Origin: an uncultured delta proteobacterium
GTDB lineage: Bacteria; Myxococcota; Myxococcia; Myxococcales; Myxococcaceae
Direction of reading: 5' to 3'
Assembly: GCA_963776345.1 (NCBI GenBank)
Contig: CAVZMH010000016.1
Location: 544,001-608,000, forward strand
DNA: 64,000 nucleotides
Positions within the stretch are counted from its first letter, which is position 1. Each line of letters starts with the position of its first letter. A program made the translations under genes and the position numbers. This document shows, piece by piece, positions 42,377-53,153 of this stretch. The notes under the pieces were generated by a model. That model searched no databases, had not been told where the DNA came from, and saw only the letters and a program-made list of their open reading frames with translations.

Positions 42377-42769
42377 TCAGGTCGCGGTCTTCGCCAGCAG
42401 CTCGCCGTAGGCGTCGGCGTCCATCAGCCCGTCGAGCTGGGCGGGGTCCGAGGGCTGGACCTCGACGATCCACCCGGCCCCGTAGGGGTCGGAGTTGATG
42501 GTGGCGGGCTCGTCCGAGAGGGCCGTGTTGACCTTGGTCACCTTGCCGGAGATGGGGGCGAAGAGCTCGCTCACCGCCTTGGTGGACTCCACCACTCCGA
42601 ACGGGCTTCCGGCGATCAGCGTGTCGCCGATCTTGGGCAGCTCGACGTACACCACGTCCCCGAGCGCCTCCTGGGCGTGCGCGGTGATCCCCACCACCAC
42701 GCCGCCGCCGTCGCGACGGGCCCACTCGTGGTCCTTGGTGTAGCGGAGGTTCTTCGGATTGTCGGCCAT
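42377..42769 (-). CDS. gcvH: Glycine cleavage H protein
   Basis: [15 protein letters not shown] (lipoyl Lys), NSDPYGAGW. Confidence 0.97.
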   Translation of the reverse strand: MADNPKNLRYTKDHEWARRDGGGVVVGITAHAQEALGDVVYVELPKIGDTLIAGSPFGVVESTKAVSELFAPISGKVTKVNTALSDEPATINSDPYGAGWIVEVQPSDPAQLDGLMDADAYGELLAKTAT

Positions 42770-42785
42770 TGCTCTCGTGCCTTCC

Positions 42786-43877
<1,092 letters not shown>

Positions 43878-43981
43878 GGAGAGCTCGGGTGCCGGACTAC
43901 CCCACCCTCCGGAGCACGATCAAGGCTTTGAGGAGGGCACGGCGGCCGCGCCCTGACTAGAGTGGCCCCCGAAGACGCGCG

Positions 43982-44869
43982 ATGAAGATCAGGAACCGGC
44001 TCAACCCCTCCGACCCGTGCTTCTCCTTCGAGTTCTTCCCCCCGAAGACCGAGGACGGCCGGCGCGCGCTCCTCCGGACGCTCGAGGACCTGCGCCCGCT
44101 GGAGCCGGGCTTCGTCTCGGTGACCTACGGCGCGGGCGGCAGCACCCGGGACCGGACGGTGGACCTGGTGCGGGAGATCCGGGCCACCGGCCTCGAGACC
44201 ATGGCCCACCTCACCTGCGTGGGGCACACCCGCGAGGAGCTGGGCGACCTGGTGGAGCAGCTCGTCGCCACCGGCGTGGAGAATCTCCTGGCCCTCCGCG
44301 GCGACCCCCCGGCCGGCGAGCGCGAGTTCCACGCCCCACCGGGAGGCTTCCGCTACGCCTCGGAGCTGGTGCGCTTCATCCGCGAGCGGGACCACACGCT
44401 GTGCATCGGGGGCGCCGGCTACCCCGAGGGCCACGTGGAGACGCCGCTCCGGGACGACGACCTCCGCCACCTCAAGCTCAAGGTGGACGCGGGGCTGGAC
44501 TTCATCATCACCCAGCTCTTCTTCGATAACGCCTTCTACTTCGACTTCGTCGAGCGGGCCCGCCGGGTGGGGATCAACGTCCCCATCGTCCCGGGCATCA
44601 TGCCCATCACCAACATCGAGCAGCTGGAGCGCTTCGTCCGCCTCTGCGGCGCCACCGTGCCGATGCGGCTGGTGCTGCAGCTCGAGCGGTACCGGAACGA
44701 CCCGGACGCCGTCGTCCAGCTCGGGGTCGCGCACGCCACCGTGCAGTGCATGGAGCTGCTCGCCCGCGGCGTCCCGGGCATCCACTTCTACACCCTGAAC
44801 AAGAGCCCCGCGACGCGGCTCATCGTCGGCGCGCTGAAGGGGCGCGGAGCGGCCGGCACTCCCGCCTGA
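43982..44869 (+). CDS. metF: 5,10-methylenetetrahydrofolate reductase
   Basis: SFEFFPPK, SVTYGAGG, LALRGD, ITQLFFD, HFYTLN. Confidence 0.96.
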   Translation: MKIRNRLNPSDPCFSFEFFPPKTEDGRRALLRTLEDLRPLEPGFVSVTYGAGGSTRDRTVDLVREIRATGLETMAHLTCVGHTREELGDLVEQLVATGVENLLALRGDPPAGEREFHAPPGGFRYASELVRFIRERDHTLCIGGAGYPEGHVETPLRDDDLRHLKLKVDAGLDFIITQLFFDNAFYFDFVERARRVGINVPIVPGIMPITNIEQLERFVRLCGATVPMRLVLQLERYRNDPDAVVQLGVAHATVQCMELLARGVPGIHFYTLNKSPATRLIVGALKGRGAAGTPA

Positions 44870-44872
44870 GAG

Positions 44873-45700
44873 CTACCGCCCTCTCTGACCGACCGGCTCC
44901 CCCGGGGCAGCGGTCTCGAACGAGGACTCGGGCCGTACCCGGCCGGCGGTCACCAGGAGATAGACGCCCGCCGCCGCGAGCACCGGGGTGATCCACTGCG
45001 CCGGGGTGAGGCCGAGGATGCGGCCGTCCACGAACGAGAGGTCGGTCGCCCGGAAGAAGTCGAGGAAGAAGCGCGGCACCGAGTAGGAGATGGCGAGGAC
45101 GGCCATGATCGTCCCCTCCGGCCTCTTCTTCCGCGCGAGCAGGTAGAGCACGAGGGTGATGACCGCGAGCACCACGCAGTCGACGAGCCCCATGTCCAGC
45201 CGCGGGCCGTCGGGGAAGGCCACCGCGAACCAGGCGTTGCTCCGGACACCGGGATGGTCGTGCACCACCGCGCAACCGATGCGGGCGATGGTCCAGCCCG
45301 GCGCGGTCCCCAGCGCCAGGGCGTCCCAGTAGGGCCGGATGCGGAGCCCGCGCCGCCAGAAGTAGGCGGCGATGCCCGCCATGCCGCCGAGGACTCCGCC
45401 CATCGACGAGACCCCGTCCCAGAACTTGAGCAGCACCAGCGGACCCTGGGTGCGGAGCAGCTCCTGGTGGTAGCCGAGGACGTGGAGCAGGTGCGCGCCG
45501 AGGAGCCCCCCGAGCAGCGCCCAGGTGAAGACCTCCGAGAGCGACTTGGTGTCCCCTGGCCCGTACACCCTGCCCCCCCGGACGGTGAGCACCGCACCGG
45601 TGTAGACGCCGATGGCGGCGAAGATCCCGAACGGGTGGACGGTCAGCCCGAAGAGGTGGATGTCCGGAAGCTCCACGTAGGGGAGCACGAGCGCGAGCAT
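44873..45700 (-). CDS. Prolipoprotein diacylglyceryl transferase-family protein (divergent Lgt)
   Basis: GLTVHPFG, FWDGVSSMGG, ARIGCAVVHDHPG, RFFLDFFR, GLTPAQW; 3' end of ORF 44873..48160. Confidence 0.8.
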   Translation of the reverse strand: MLALVLPYVELPDIHLFGLTVHPFGIFAAIGVYTGAVLTVRGGRVYGPGDTKSLSEVFTWALLGGLLGAHLLHVLGYHQELLRTQGPLVLLKFWDGVSSMGGVLGGMAGIAAYFWRRGLRIRPYWDALALGTAPGWTIARIGCAVVHDHPGVRSNAWFAVAFPDGPRLDMGLVDCVVLAVITLVLYLLARKKRPEGTIMAVLAISYSVPRFFLDFFRATDLSFVDGRILGLTPAQWITPVLAAAGVYLLVTAGRVRPESSFETAAPGEPVGQRGR

Positions 45701-45768
45701 GTGGCCTGCCTCATAGCAGCCCGAGGCCGCCATGCGGTGGCAGCTCGCCGGGGCAGCCGTGAACGGCG

Positions 45769-46623
45769 TCAGGCGCCGAGCAGCGCGCGGGCGTTCCGGA
45801 GGGTGTTGGAGAGCAGCATGGCGATGGTCATCGGCCCCACCCCGCCCGGCACCGGGGTGATGAACGACGCCCGCTCGGCGGCCGCGGCGAACTCCACGTC
45901 TCCCACCAGCTTGCCGGTGGGGAGGCGGTTGATGCCCACGTCGATCACCACCGCGCCGGGCTTCACCCAGGCGCCCTTGATCAGCTCGGGCACGCCCACC
46001 GCGGCGACCAGGATGTCCCCCCGGGCGACCTCCTCGGGGAGGTTGCTCTTGCGGTGGCAGACGGTCACCGTCGCGTCGGCGTTGAGGAGGAGCAGCGCCA
46101 TCGGGCGGCCGACCAGGATGCTGCGGCCCACCACCACCGCGCGCTTGCCGGCGGGCTTGCAGTCGATCTCCTGCAGCATCCGCATCACGCCCCAGGGGGT
46201 GCAGGCCACCGTGGCCTCCCGCCCCTGAGCCAGGAGCCCCGCGTTGACCGCGTGCAGCCCGTCGGCGTCCTTCTCCGGCCGCAGCACCCGGAGCAGCACC
46301 TCGGAATTCACCTGCTTCGGGACCGGGAGCTGGACGAGGATGCCGTGCACGCCCGGGTCCGCGTTGAGCGCCTCGAGCCGCGCCTGGACCTCGGCGTGGG
46401 TCGCCGTCTCCGGAAAGTGGTGCTCGCTGGACTCGAACCCGACCTCGGCCGCGGCCTTCTGCTTTCCAGTCACGTAGATCTTGCTCGCCGGATCCTCGCC
46501 CACTCGGATGACCGCCAGCCCGGGGACCCGGCCGGTGCGGGCCTTCAGCTCGCGCGTACCCTGGGCCACCTCCTGCCGCACCTTCTGGGCGATGGCCTTT
46601 CCGTCGATGAGTGTCGCCGCCAT
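45769..46623 (-). CDS. folD: Methylene-THF dehydrogenase/cyclohydrolase
   Basis: [42 protein letters not shown]. Confidence 0.96.
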   Translation of the reverse strand: MAATLIDGKAIAQKVRQEVAQGTRELKARTGRVPGLAVIRVGEDPASKIYVTGKQKAAAEVGFESSEHHFPETATHAEVQARLEALNADPGVHGILVQLPVPKQVNSEVLLRVLRPEKDADGLHAVNAGLLAQGREATVACTPWGVMRMLQEIDCKPAGKRAVVVGRSILVGRPMALLLLNADATVTVCHRKSNLPEEVARGDILVAAVGVPELIKGAWVKPGAVVIDVGINRLPTGKLVGDVEFAAAAERASFITPVPGGVGPMTIAMLLSNTLRNARALLGA

Positions 46624-46708
46624 GTCGCGGCACACTACACGAGCCCGCCGACCGGGGAAGGGTCGCTCGACGCCGGACGCCGACCGCGCGTAGCCTCGTT
46701 GGGGAACC

Positions 46709-47701
46709 ATGTCGCGCGAGCTCATCGACCTGCACATCCACGTGGGCGGCGCGGTGGCCCCGCACGTGCTCTGGTCGCTGGCCCACAGCCAGGGCTTCAA
46801 GCTCCCCACCAAGAACTACTTCGAGTTCGTGGAGATGATCACCGCCCGGCCGGACAACGTCTCCAACCTCGACGACTACCTCCGCATCATGCACACCTGG
46901 ACCGAGAAGATTCAGAGCTCGCCCATGGCCATCGAGCGGAGCGTGTACGAGGTCATCGGCAAGGAGTTCCGCGGCAGCCGGGTGACGCAGATCGAGCTGC
47001 GCTTCAACCCCATGAAGCGCAACCTCGACTCCACCCTGGACCTGGACCACATCATCCACGCCGCGCTCCGGGGGATGGACCGAGCGATGCTCGAGTACGG
47101 CGTCCGGGCGGGACTCATCTTCTGCCTGGCCCGCGAGTTCGACCACCGGCTCAACTCCATCATCCTGGAGAAGGCCATCAAGTACCGGCACCGGGGGGTG
47201 GTGGGCATCGACCTCGCCGGCACCGAGACCCGGGCGCTGGAGCTGGACCACGAACAGGTCGGGGCGTACGAGGACCTCTTCCAGCGGGCCCGGGCGGCGG
47301 GCCTCAAGACCACCGTGCACACCGGCGAGACCCTCGGCACCGGGGCCGAGGGGGTGATCGCGGTGGTCGACCGGCTCCGGCCCCACCGCATCGGCCACGG
47401 CATCCGCGCGGCCTACGACGAGGCGGCGATGAAGCTGCTCCGGGAGCAGGACGTGGTGCTCGAGCTCTGTCCCACCTCCAACCTCCACACCCACGCGGTG
47501 AGCGGGGTGGACGAGCTGAAGCACATCGTCCAGACCTTCCTCGACCGAGGGGTGAAGGTGACCCTGAACACCGACGGGCCCTACCTCCTCGAGACCGACA
47601 TGCAGTCCGAGGTGGCGCTGGTGGAGAAGCACGGGATCATGACCCCCGAGCAGGTGGACCAGGCCCTGGCCTGGGCGCGCGAGTACTCCTTCATTCCCTG
47701 A
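46709..47701 (+). CDS. add: Adenosine deaminase family
   Basis: [29 protein letters not shown]. Confidence 0.88.
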   Translation: MSRELIDLHIHVGGAVAPHVLWSLAHSQGFKLPTKNYFEFVEMITARPDNVSNLDDYLRIMHTWTEKIQSSPMAIERSVYEVIGKEFRGSRVTQIELRFNPMKRNLDSTLDLDHIIHAALRGMDRAMLEYGVRAGLIFCLAREFDHRLNSIILEKAIKYRHRGVVGIDLAGTETRALELDHEQVGAYEDLFQRARAAGLKTTVHTGETLGTGAEGVIAVVDRLRPHRIGHGIRAAYDEAAMKLLREQDVVLELCPTSNLHTHAVSGVDELKHIVQTFLDRGVKVTLNTDGPYLLETDMQSEVALVEKHGIMTPEQVDQALAWAREYSFIP

Positions 47702-47705
47702 AGCC

Positions 47706-48803
47706 GTGGTAGGCGCGGGGGGCGTGTACCGGCTCCTCAAGCGCGGGCTGTTCCTCCTCTCGCCCGAGCTGGCGCACGCGCTCGGCATGTCGGCGCTCCG
47801 GGCGCTGGGGACGTTTCGCTCCGCGCCGTCGCTTCCCGCGGGCGGCCCCGACCTGTCGGTGACCAGCGCGGGACTCCGCTTCGCGCACCCGGTGACGCTG
47901 GCGGCCGGGTTCGACAAGGACGCCGAGGCGGTGGCCGGCTTCTTCGCCGTGGGCTTCTCCGCGGTCGAGGTGGGGACGGTCACCCCGCGGCCCCAGCCGG
48001 GGAATCCGGCGCCGCGGCTGTTCCGGATTCCCGAGGCGCGGGCGCTCGTCAACCGGATGGGCTTCAACAACCACGGCGTGGACGCCATGGCGGCCCGCCT
48101 CCGGGCCCTCGGCCGTCGCCCCGGGCCGGTGGGGGTGAACCTGGGGAAGAACAAGGACACCCCGCTCGAGCGTGCGGTGGAGGACTACCTGGCCGGGGTG
48201 GAGCGGCTCGGCGCCCTGGCCGACTACGTGGTCGTCAACGCCAGCTCGCCCAACACGCCCGGGCTCCGCCGGCTCCAGCAAGCGGAGCCGCTCCGGGAGC
48301 TGCTCTCCAGGGTCCGCGCCCGGCTCGAGGCCGTCGCCCCGGGGAAGCCCCTGTTCCTCAAGATCGCCCCGGACCTCGGGCCCGAGGAGGTCGACGCCGT
48401 CGTCGACGTGGCGGTCGAGGTCGGCATCGCCGGGCTCATCTGCACCAACACCACCCTCACCCGCCCCGGAGTGTCGGGGCCGGTGGCCGCGGAGGCGGGA
48501 GGTCTCTCCGGGGCCCCGCTCGCCCCGCTGGCGCTGGAGACGCTGCGCCGCGCGGCAGCCCGGGCCCGGGGCCGGCTCGCGCTCTGGGCCTCGGGAGGGG
48601 TGTTCACCGCCGACGACGTGCTGCAGCGCCTCGAGGCCGGCGCGGATCTGGTCCAGGTCTACACGGCCTTCGTCTACGAGGGACCGTTCTTCGTCCCGAG
48701 GGTACTTTCGGAGCTCCGGGCCCGGCTGAGGGCGCGCGGGCTCGACACCCTCTCCGGGCTGCGCTCGGCGTCGAACCCGGGGAAGGCCCGGCAGCCGGGT
48801 TGA
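47706..48803 (+). CDS. pyrD: Quinone-dependent dihydroorotate dehydrogenase (class 2)
   Basis: AAGFDKD, NRMGFNN, NASSPNT, KIAPD, TNTT, GGLSG. Confidence 0.95.
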   Translation: MVGAGGVYRLLKRGLFLLSPELAHALGMSALRALGTFRSAPSLPAGGPDLSVTSAGLRFAHPVTLAAGFDKDAEAVAGFFAVGFSAVEVGTVTPRPQPGNPAPRLFRIPEARALVNRMGFNNHGVDAMAARLRALGRRPGPVGVNLGKNKDTPLERAVEDYLAGVERLGALADYVVVNASSPNTPGLRRLQQAEPLRELLSRVRARLEAVAPGKPLFLKIAPDLGPEEVDAVVDVAVEVGIAGLICTNTTLTRPGVSGPVAAEAGGLSGAPLAPLALETLRRAAARARGRLALWASGGVFTADDVLQRLEAGADLVQVYTAFVYEGPFFVPRVLSELRARLRARGLDTLSGLRSASNPGKARQPG

Positions 48804-48807
48804 CCGC

Positions 48808-51405
48808 TCAGCGCGAGCGCCGGGGCAGCCCGCGCACGATGTACAGGTGGCCGAGGAAGCGATTGAAGACGTAGGCGACATCACGCCCCTCGCCGGTGAC
48901 CTGGACCGAGGCGAGGCTCGAGGCTCCGGCGGGATCCGGGGGCCCGAACATCCGCTCCTCCAGCACCTTCCCGCTCTCGATGTCGACCCGGAACAGCCGC
49001 GTCGCAGCGGGGAAGTCTGCGCCCTGGGTGAGCCAGAGTTCTCGGGGCGAGGCCCAGCCCCGGGGCCAGGCGCCGAGCTGCAGCCCGGGAACCCGCCTCG
49101 GCTTTCCGTCGGAGAGCGAGACGATCACCACCCGTTCCTCGACGTCGATTGCTGCGGCGAGCTGGCCGTCCGGCGAGACCGAGAACGCCGGTCGGCCAGA
49201 GAGGGGGAGCTGCTCCGACACCCGCCGCGCGGGCCCCCGATCTGGGTCGAGCTCGAAGAGCTCGAATGGCCCGCCGGCGACACGGCCCACGAAGACGATC
49301 CGCTTTCCGTCGGGCATCCAGCGGGCACTCCTTACACTGAGCCCGGCCAGAGGGTATCGACGCGCCTGACCCGGCCCCGTGGGGAGAGCCCCGAGGGTGT
49401 CGCCGGAAGGGGTCTTGACAAGCGCCCAGCGCCCATCTGGCGAGAGATCCAGCGCCTCCCCTTCTCCCAGCACCTGCGCGGGGGATCCGTCCACGCTGCG
49501 GAGAACGGCCAGCGAGGGCTGGACGCCTGCCAGGGTCGGCACCGGGCTCGCCACGCTGAAGAGGACCTTGCGGTCGCGCGAGACCGCCGCGGTCGAGTTC
49601 GTCCAGTCCGTCCAGGAGAGGAGAGTCTGGTGTCCGTCCACGTCGACGGTCTGCACCTCGTTCCGTTCGAACTGGTTGCTCAGGAGGACGCTGCCGTCCG
49701 CAGCAATGTCATCCAGGTGGATGTCGGAGGGCGTTCGGTAGACCTCCCGCGCCCTCCCCTGGAGGTCGACCGCCCGGACCAGATTGCGCTGGAGCTCTCC
49801 CGAGGTGAACCAGAGCTCCTCGTCCGCCGGAGCCCACGCCAGGCCCTGGAGGGCGGTGAACCGTGGGCTGAGCGTCCGCGTCGAGCCCCGGAGATCGACC
49901 ACCATCACCTCGCCCATGCTGTCTGCGTAGATGGGATGGTGGACGAAGGCGATGAGGTCGCCGCGGCCCGAGACGCGAGGATCGCTGAGCCATCCCTCGG
50001 TCCGGAAGAGGACCTTTCCTGGTGGAAATTCCAGGGCCCGGGCGGGGCCCCGCACGGTCACCAGCGCGAGCTCTCCGCCCGGTGACCAGTCGGCATACTC
50101 GACGTCCTCGGCCACCTCGCGCGGGGTTCCGCCGACCCCGGGGACCCGGGCGAGCGTCCCATGCGCGGTGAACAGCACAGAGAACCGGGGGGCGAGGAGC
50201 ACGGCCAGCTCCCCAGTGCGCGAGACGGCCAGGAGCCGTGCGGGCGGGAGCCCGAGCGGCTGCGACATGGCGCTCCCCACGGGACGGGTGAAGACCTCCT
50301 CCGGTCGGCCCTCGAACGTCGCGCTGTAGAACACCCGGCCGTCCGGTGCGAAGCGGGCTCCCCGCACTGCTCCCCACCGAAAGGTGACCTGCTCGACCGT
50401 GGGAAGCGAGACCAGGACGGAGGAATGGGTGCGCGACCAGGCGATGGCCCCCACAGCGAACCCCAGGGCGAGCAAGGCCGCGCCTGCGAGCGACAGCCAT
50501 GACCGGCGAGCACCTGCCCGCGGCCTCGCGGGCCCCGAGCGGGGGCTGCCCCGCAGCACGTCGAGCGCGAAGGCGAGATCGCTCGCCGACTGGAACCGGC
50601 GGCCCGGCTCCTTCTCCAGGCACCGCAGGACGACCTGCGCCACCTGCGCCGGCAGCTCGGCTGGGAGCGGCGTGGGGTCGTTGTGGAGGATGGCGTAGCC
50701 ACTCTCGACGAACGAGCTGCCCGGGAAGGCGCGGGCGCCCGAGAGGAGCTCGTGCAGCACTACCCCGAGGCTGAACAGGTCCGACCGCGCGTCCAGCGGC
50801 TCGCCCCGCAGCTGCTCGGGGGACATGTAGCCGGGAGTGCCGAGCACGGCCCCGGTCCGGGTGCCGCCTCCGCTCGGCGTCACCGTCGCGTCCATCAGCC
50901 CGTGAGGTCCGGCGCGCTCCGCCGCCTCGGCGAGCTTGGCGATGCCGAAGTCCAGGAGCTTCAACTGCCCATCGGGACTGACGAACACGTTGTCGGGCTT
51001 CACGTCTCGGTGGATGACCCCGCGCGCGTGCGCAGCGGCGAGGCCCCGGGCGAGCTGAGCGCCCCACTCGAGCGCGGTCTGGAGCGGGATGCGCCCGCGG
51101 GTGAGCCGCTGGCGGAGCGACTCGCCCTCCAAGAGCTCGGTGACCAGGTACGGCACGCCCTCGTGCTGACCCACGTCGTAGACCGCCACGACGTTCGGGT
51201 GCTTCAACGACCCGGCCACCCGGGCCTCGTGCTCGAAGCGCCGGATCAGCTCCGGGTCCCCGGCCAGCGCGGCGTTCACCACCTTGAGCGCCACCTCGCG
51301 GCCGAGACGGGTGTCTCGCGCCCGGTAGACCTCGGCCATGCCGCCGGCCCCCAGGACCGAGAGCACCTGGTAGGGGCCCACCTGGAGGCCGGGTGTCAGC
51401 TGCAC
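48808..51405 (-). CDS. Hanks-type Ser/Thr kinase with TM and TolB/WD40-like beta-propeller
   Basis: GAGGMAEVY, VALK, HRDVKPDN, DFG, GTPGYMSPE; repeated (W/L/V)SPDG units. Confidence 0.92.
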   Translation of the reverse strand: MQLTPGLQVGPYQVLSVLGAGGMAEVYRARDTRLGREVALKVVNAALAGDPELIRRFEHEARVAGSLKHPNVVAVYDVGQHEGVPYLVTELLEGESLRQRLTRGRIPLQTALEWGAQLARGLAAAHARGVIHRDVKPDNVFVSPDGQLKLLDFGIAKLAEAAERAGPHGLMDATVTPSGGGTRTGAVLGTPGYMSPEQLRGEPLDARSDLFSLGVVLHELLSGARAFPGSSFVESGYAILHNDPTPLPAELPAQVAQVVLRCLEKEPGRRFQSASDLAFALDVLRGSPRSGPARPRAGARRSWLSLAGAALLALGFAVGAIAWSRTHSSVLVSLPTVEQVTFRWGAVRGARFAPDGRVFYSATFEGRPEEVFTRPVGSAMSQPLGLPPARLLAVSRTGELAVLLAPRFSVLFTAHGTLARVPGVGGTPREVAEDVEYADWSPGGELALVTVRGPARALEFPPGKVLFRTEGWLSDPRVSGRGDLIAFVHHPIYADSMGEVMVVDLRGSTRTLSPRFTALQGLAWAPADEELWFTSGELQRNLVRAVDLQGRAREVYRTPSDIHLDDIAADGSVLLSNQFERNEVQTVDVDGHQTLLSWTDWTNSTAAVSRDRKVLFSVASPVPTLAGVQPSLAVLRSVDGSPAQVLGEGEALDLSPDGRWALVKTPSGDTLGALPTGPGQARRYPLAGLSVRSARWMPDGKRIVFVGRVAGGPFELFELDPDRGPARRVSEQLPLSGRPAFSVSPDGQLAAAIDVEERVVIVSLSDGKPRRVPGLQLGAWPRGWASPRELWLTQGADFPAATRLFRVDIESGKVLEERMFGPPDPAGASSLASVQVTGEGRDVAYVFNRFLGHLYIVRGLPRRSR

Positions 51406-51458
51406 GGGCGGCAGCCTAACCGACCCCAGATGCCGGGATGGTCACTGCCGGCCGGCGT

Positions 51459-53096
51459 CTACCGCGCGGCCGACCAGGGCAGCGTCGTCTGCACCTCGAC
51501 CGGCAGCGGGCCGGCGAGGAGGGCCGGGCCGAGCTGGTCCGCCAGATGGTCGAGGACCCGGCGCACCAGCCGCTCGGGCTCGTCTCCGGGAGTCACGGCC
51601 CGGAGCGCGGCCGCCGCCCGCTCCACCGCCTCGGGCCTGACGGTCGGCGCCGCGCCGGGGACCAGGAAGGCCCGGCCCAGCTCCTGGGTGCGCGCGGCCG
51701 GCACCGGCGCGACCCGGGGTCTGCCCTCGAGCAGCGCGTGGGCCACCGCCGCCGCGAGCACCGCCGGCGTGCCCCCGGCCGGCCACGCCGGACCGAGCGA
51801 ATCCAGGGCCGCGCGGGCATGCTCCTCGCTGGCGCCGAGCAGGGCCGCGAGCAGCGTCTGCTGCGCCTCGGCGCGCCCCAGCTCCTGCTCCGTGTGGTGA
51901 ATCTCGGCCACCGAGCGGAACGGCACCGGCTCCGCTCCCTCCACCGGGAGCGCACGCAGCGGCCGCGCCCGCCGGAGCGCAGCCACCACGGCCGCCTGCT
52001 CGGGCCAGAGCATCCACTCCCCGTCCACCCGGGCCAGCGGACGGGCCGCGAGCCGGTCGGCGCGGTGACGGAGCCGCAGGCCGAGCGAGAAACCGGTCTG
52101 GAACACCTGGCGGAACGGCGTCTCGCGCACCACCTCGGGGGCACGGCGCGGGTCTCCCCCGGTGAGGTACTCGAGCCCGAGGCCGAGCGTGTCCCTCGCC
52201 CGCTCCGCCGAGGCCCGCAGCGCGTCCAGGTCGCCCGGGTCGGCGCCGTCGGCGACCAGCGCCGCGTTGTACACGCCCCGGAGCTCCTCGCGGGCGTTCT
52301 CCGCCTCCACCGGGTCGAGCCCCTCGAGCACCGCCTGCACGAAGTCCACCCGCCGGCCGCCGCTCCGGGCGAGGCCCGCCCCTGCGCTCGACGGTGGAGC
52401 GGGGGCCAATCGCACCGCCGCGTAGAGCCCGGCCGCCGCCTCCCGGTCCGGAAAGCCGAGGTCCGCGAGCCGCGCCCAGCGGAAGCGCAGCGCCACCTCC
52501 TCGAGCTCGCTCGGGCTCTCCCAGCGTATCGCCTCGATGAACCGGCTGAGCCCGAACGGGTCCTCGGCCATGAGGTCCATGAGAAGCGCCCGGAGCGCCG
52601 CCTGCTCCTGGCCCTCGACCTTCATCTCGACGCGGTAGCGGCGGTCGGCGGAGTCGAGCGTGACGCCCTCCACCGAGGGGTCCGGATTCTCCTCGAGGTC
52701 GTGCACCACGGTGAAGGAACGGAGCATGGACTCGAGCAGCTCGAGGTCGATGCCGTGCAGCTTCTGGAGGAACCCTTCGGCCTCGTCTCCCCGGGCGGCG
52801 CCCAGCCACTCGAGCAACCCATGGGGATCGAGCGTGTCGTGCCTCCAGGCCCCGAGGTCGACCAGCGCCTGGAACTGCCCGGGCGAGGCGAGCTGGACCA
52901 GCTCGGTGGCGTCCGCCAGACCCACCTCGGCCACGGTGGCGTAGAGCTGCTCGGGCGGGAGCGCCCGCACCAGCGCCGCCGCATCCGGGGACGCGAGGAG
53001 CGCGTCCATGCGCGCCCGGGCGGGCAGCGCCCCGATACGCTGGAGCGCCGCGGCTCGCTCGGAGGCCACGTCTCGTCCGTTTCCGCCGGAAGCCAC
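51459..53096 (-). CDS. DUF6178-like conserved protein
   Basis: LVRALPPEQLY..VGLADATELVQLASPGQFQALVDLGAW; RLADLGFP; start uncertain. Confidence 0.7.
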   Translation of the reverse strand: MASGGNGRDVASERAAALQRIGALPARARMDALLASPDAAALVRALPPEQLYATVAEVGLADATELVQLASPGQFQALVDLGAWRHDTLDPHGLLEWLGAARGDEAEGFLQKLHGIDLELLESMLRSFTVVHDLEENPDPSVEGVTLDSADRRYRVEMKVEGQEQAALRALLMDLMAEDPFGLSRFIEAIRWESPSELEEVALRFRWARLADLGFPDREAAAGLYAAVRLAPAPPSSAGAGLARSGGRRVDFVQAVLEGLDPVEAENAREELRGVYNAALVADGADPGDLDALRASAERARDTLGLGLEYLTGGDPRRAPEVVRETPFRQVFQTGFSLGLRLRHRADRLAARPLARVDGEWMLWPEQAAVVAALRRARPLRALPVEGAEPVPFRSVAEIHHTEQELGRAEAQQTLLAALLGASEEHARAALDSLGPAWPAGGTPAVLAAAVAHALLEGRPRVAPVPAARTQELGRAFLVPGAAPTVRPEAVERAAAALRAVTPGDEPERLVRRVLDHLADQLGPALLAGPLPVEVQTTLPWSAAR

Positions 53097-53153
53097 GGCC
53101 GCCGTGCGTCGCACAGCGGACCGCGGGAACGCAACCCCGGTGTCAGGTGGCCG

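Noticed and set aside
43878..43981. Glycine riboswitch upstream of gcvT
   Set aside because: The spacer is short and lacks the conserved aptamer motifs on the gcv strand.
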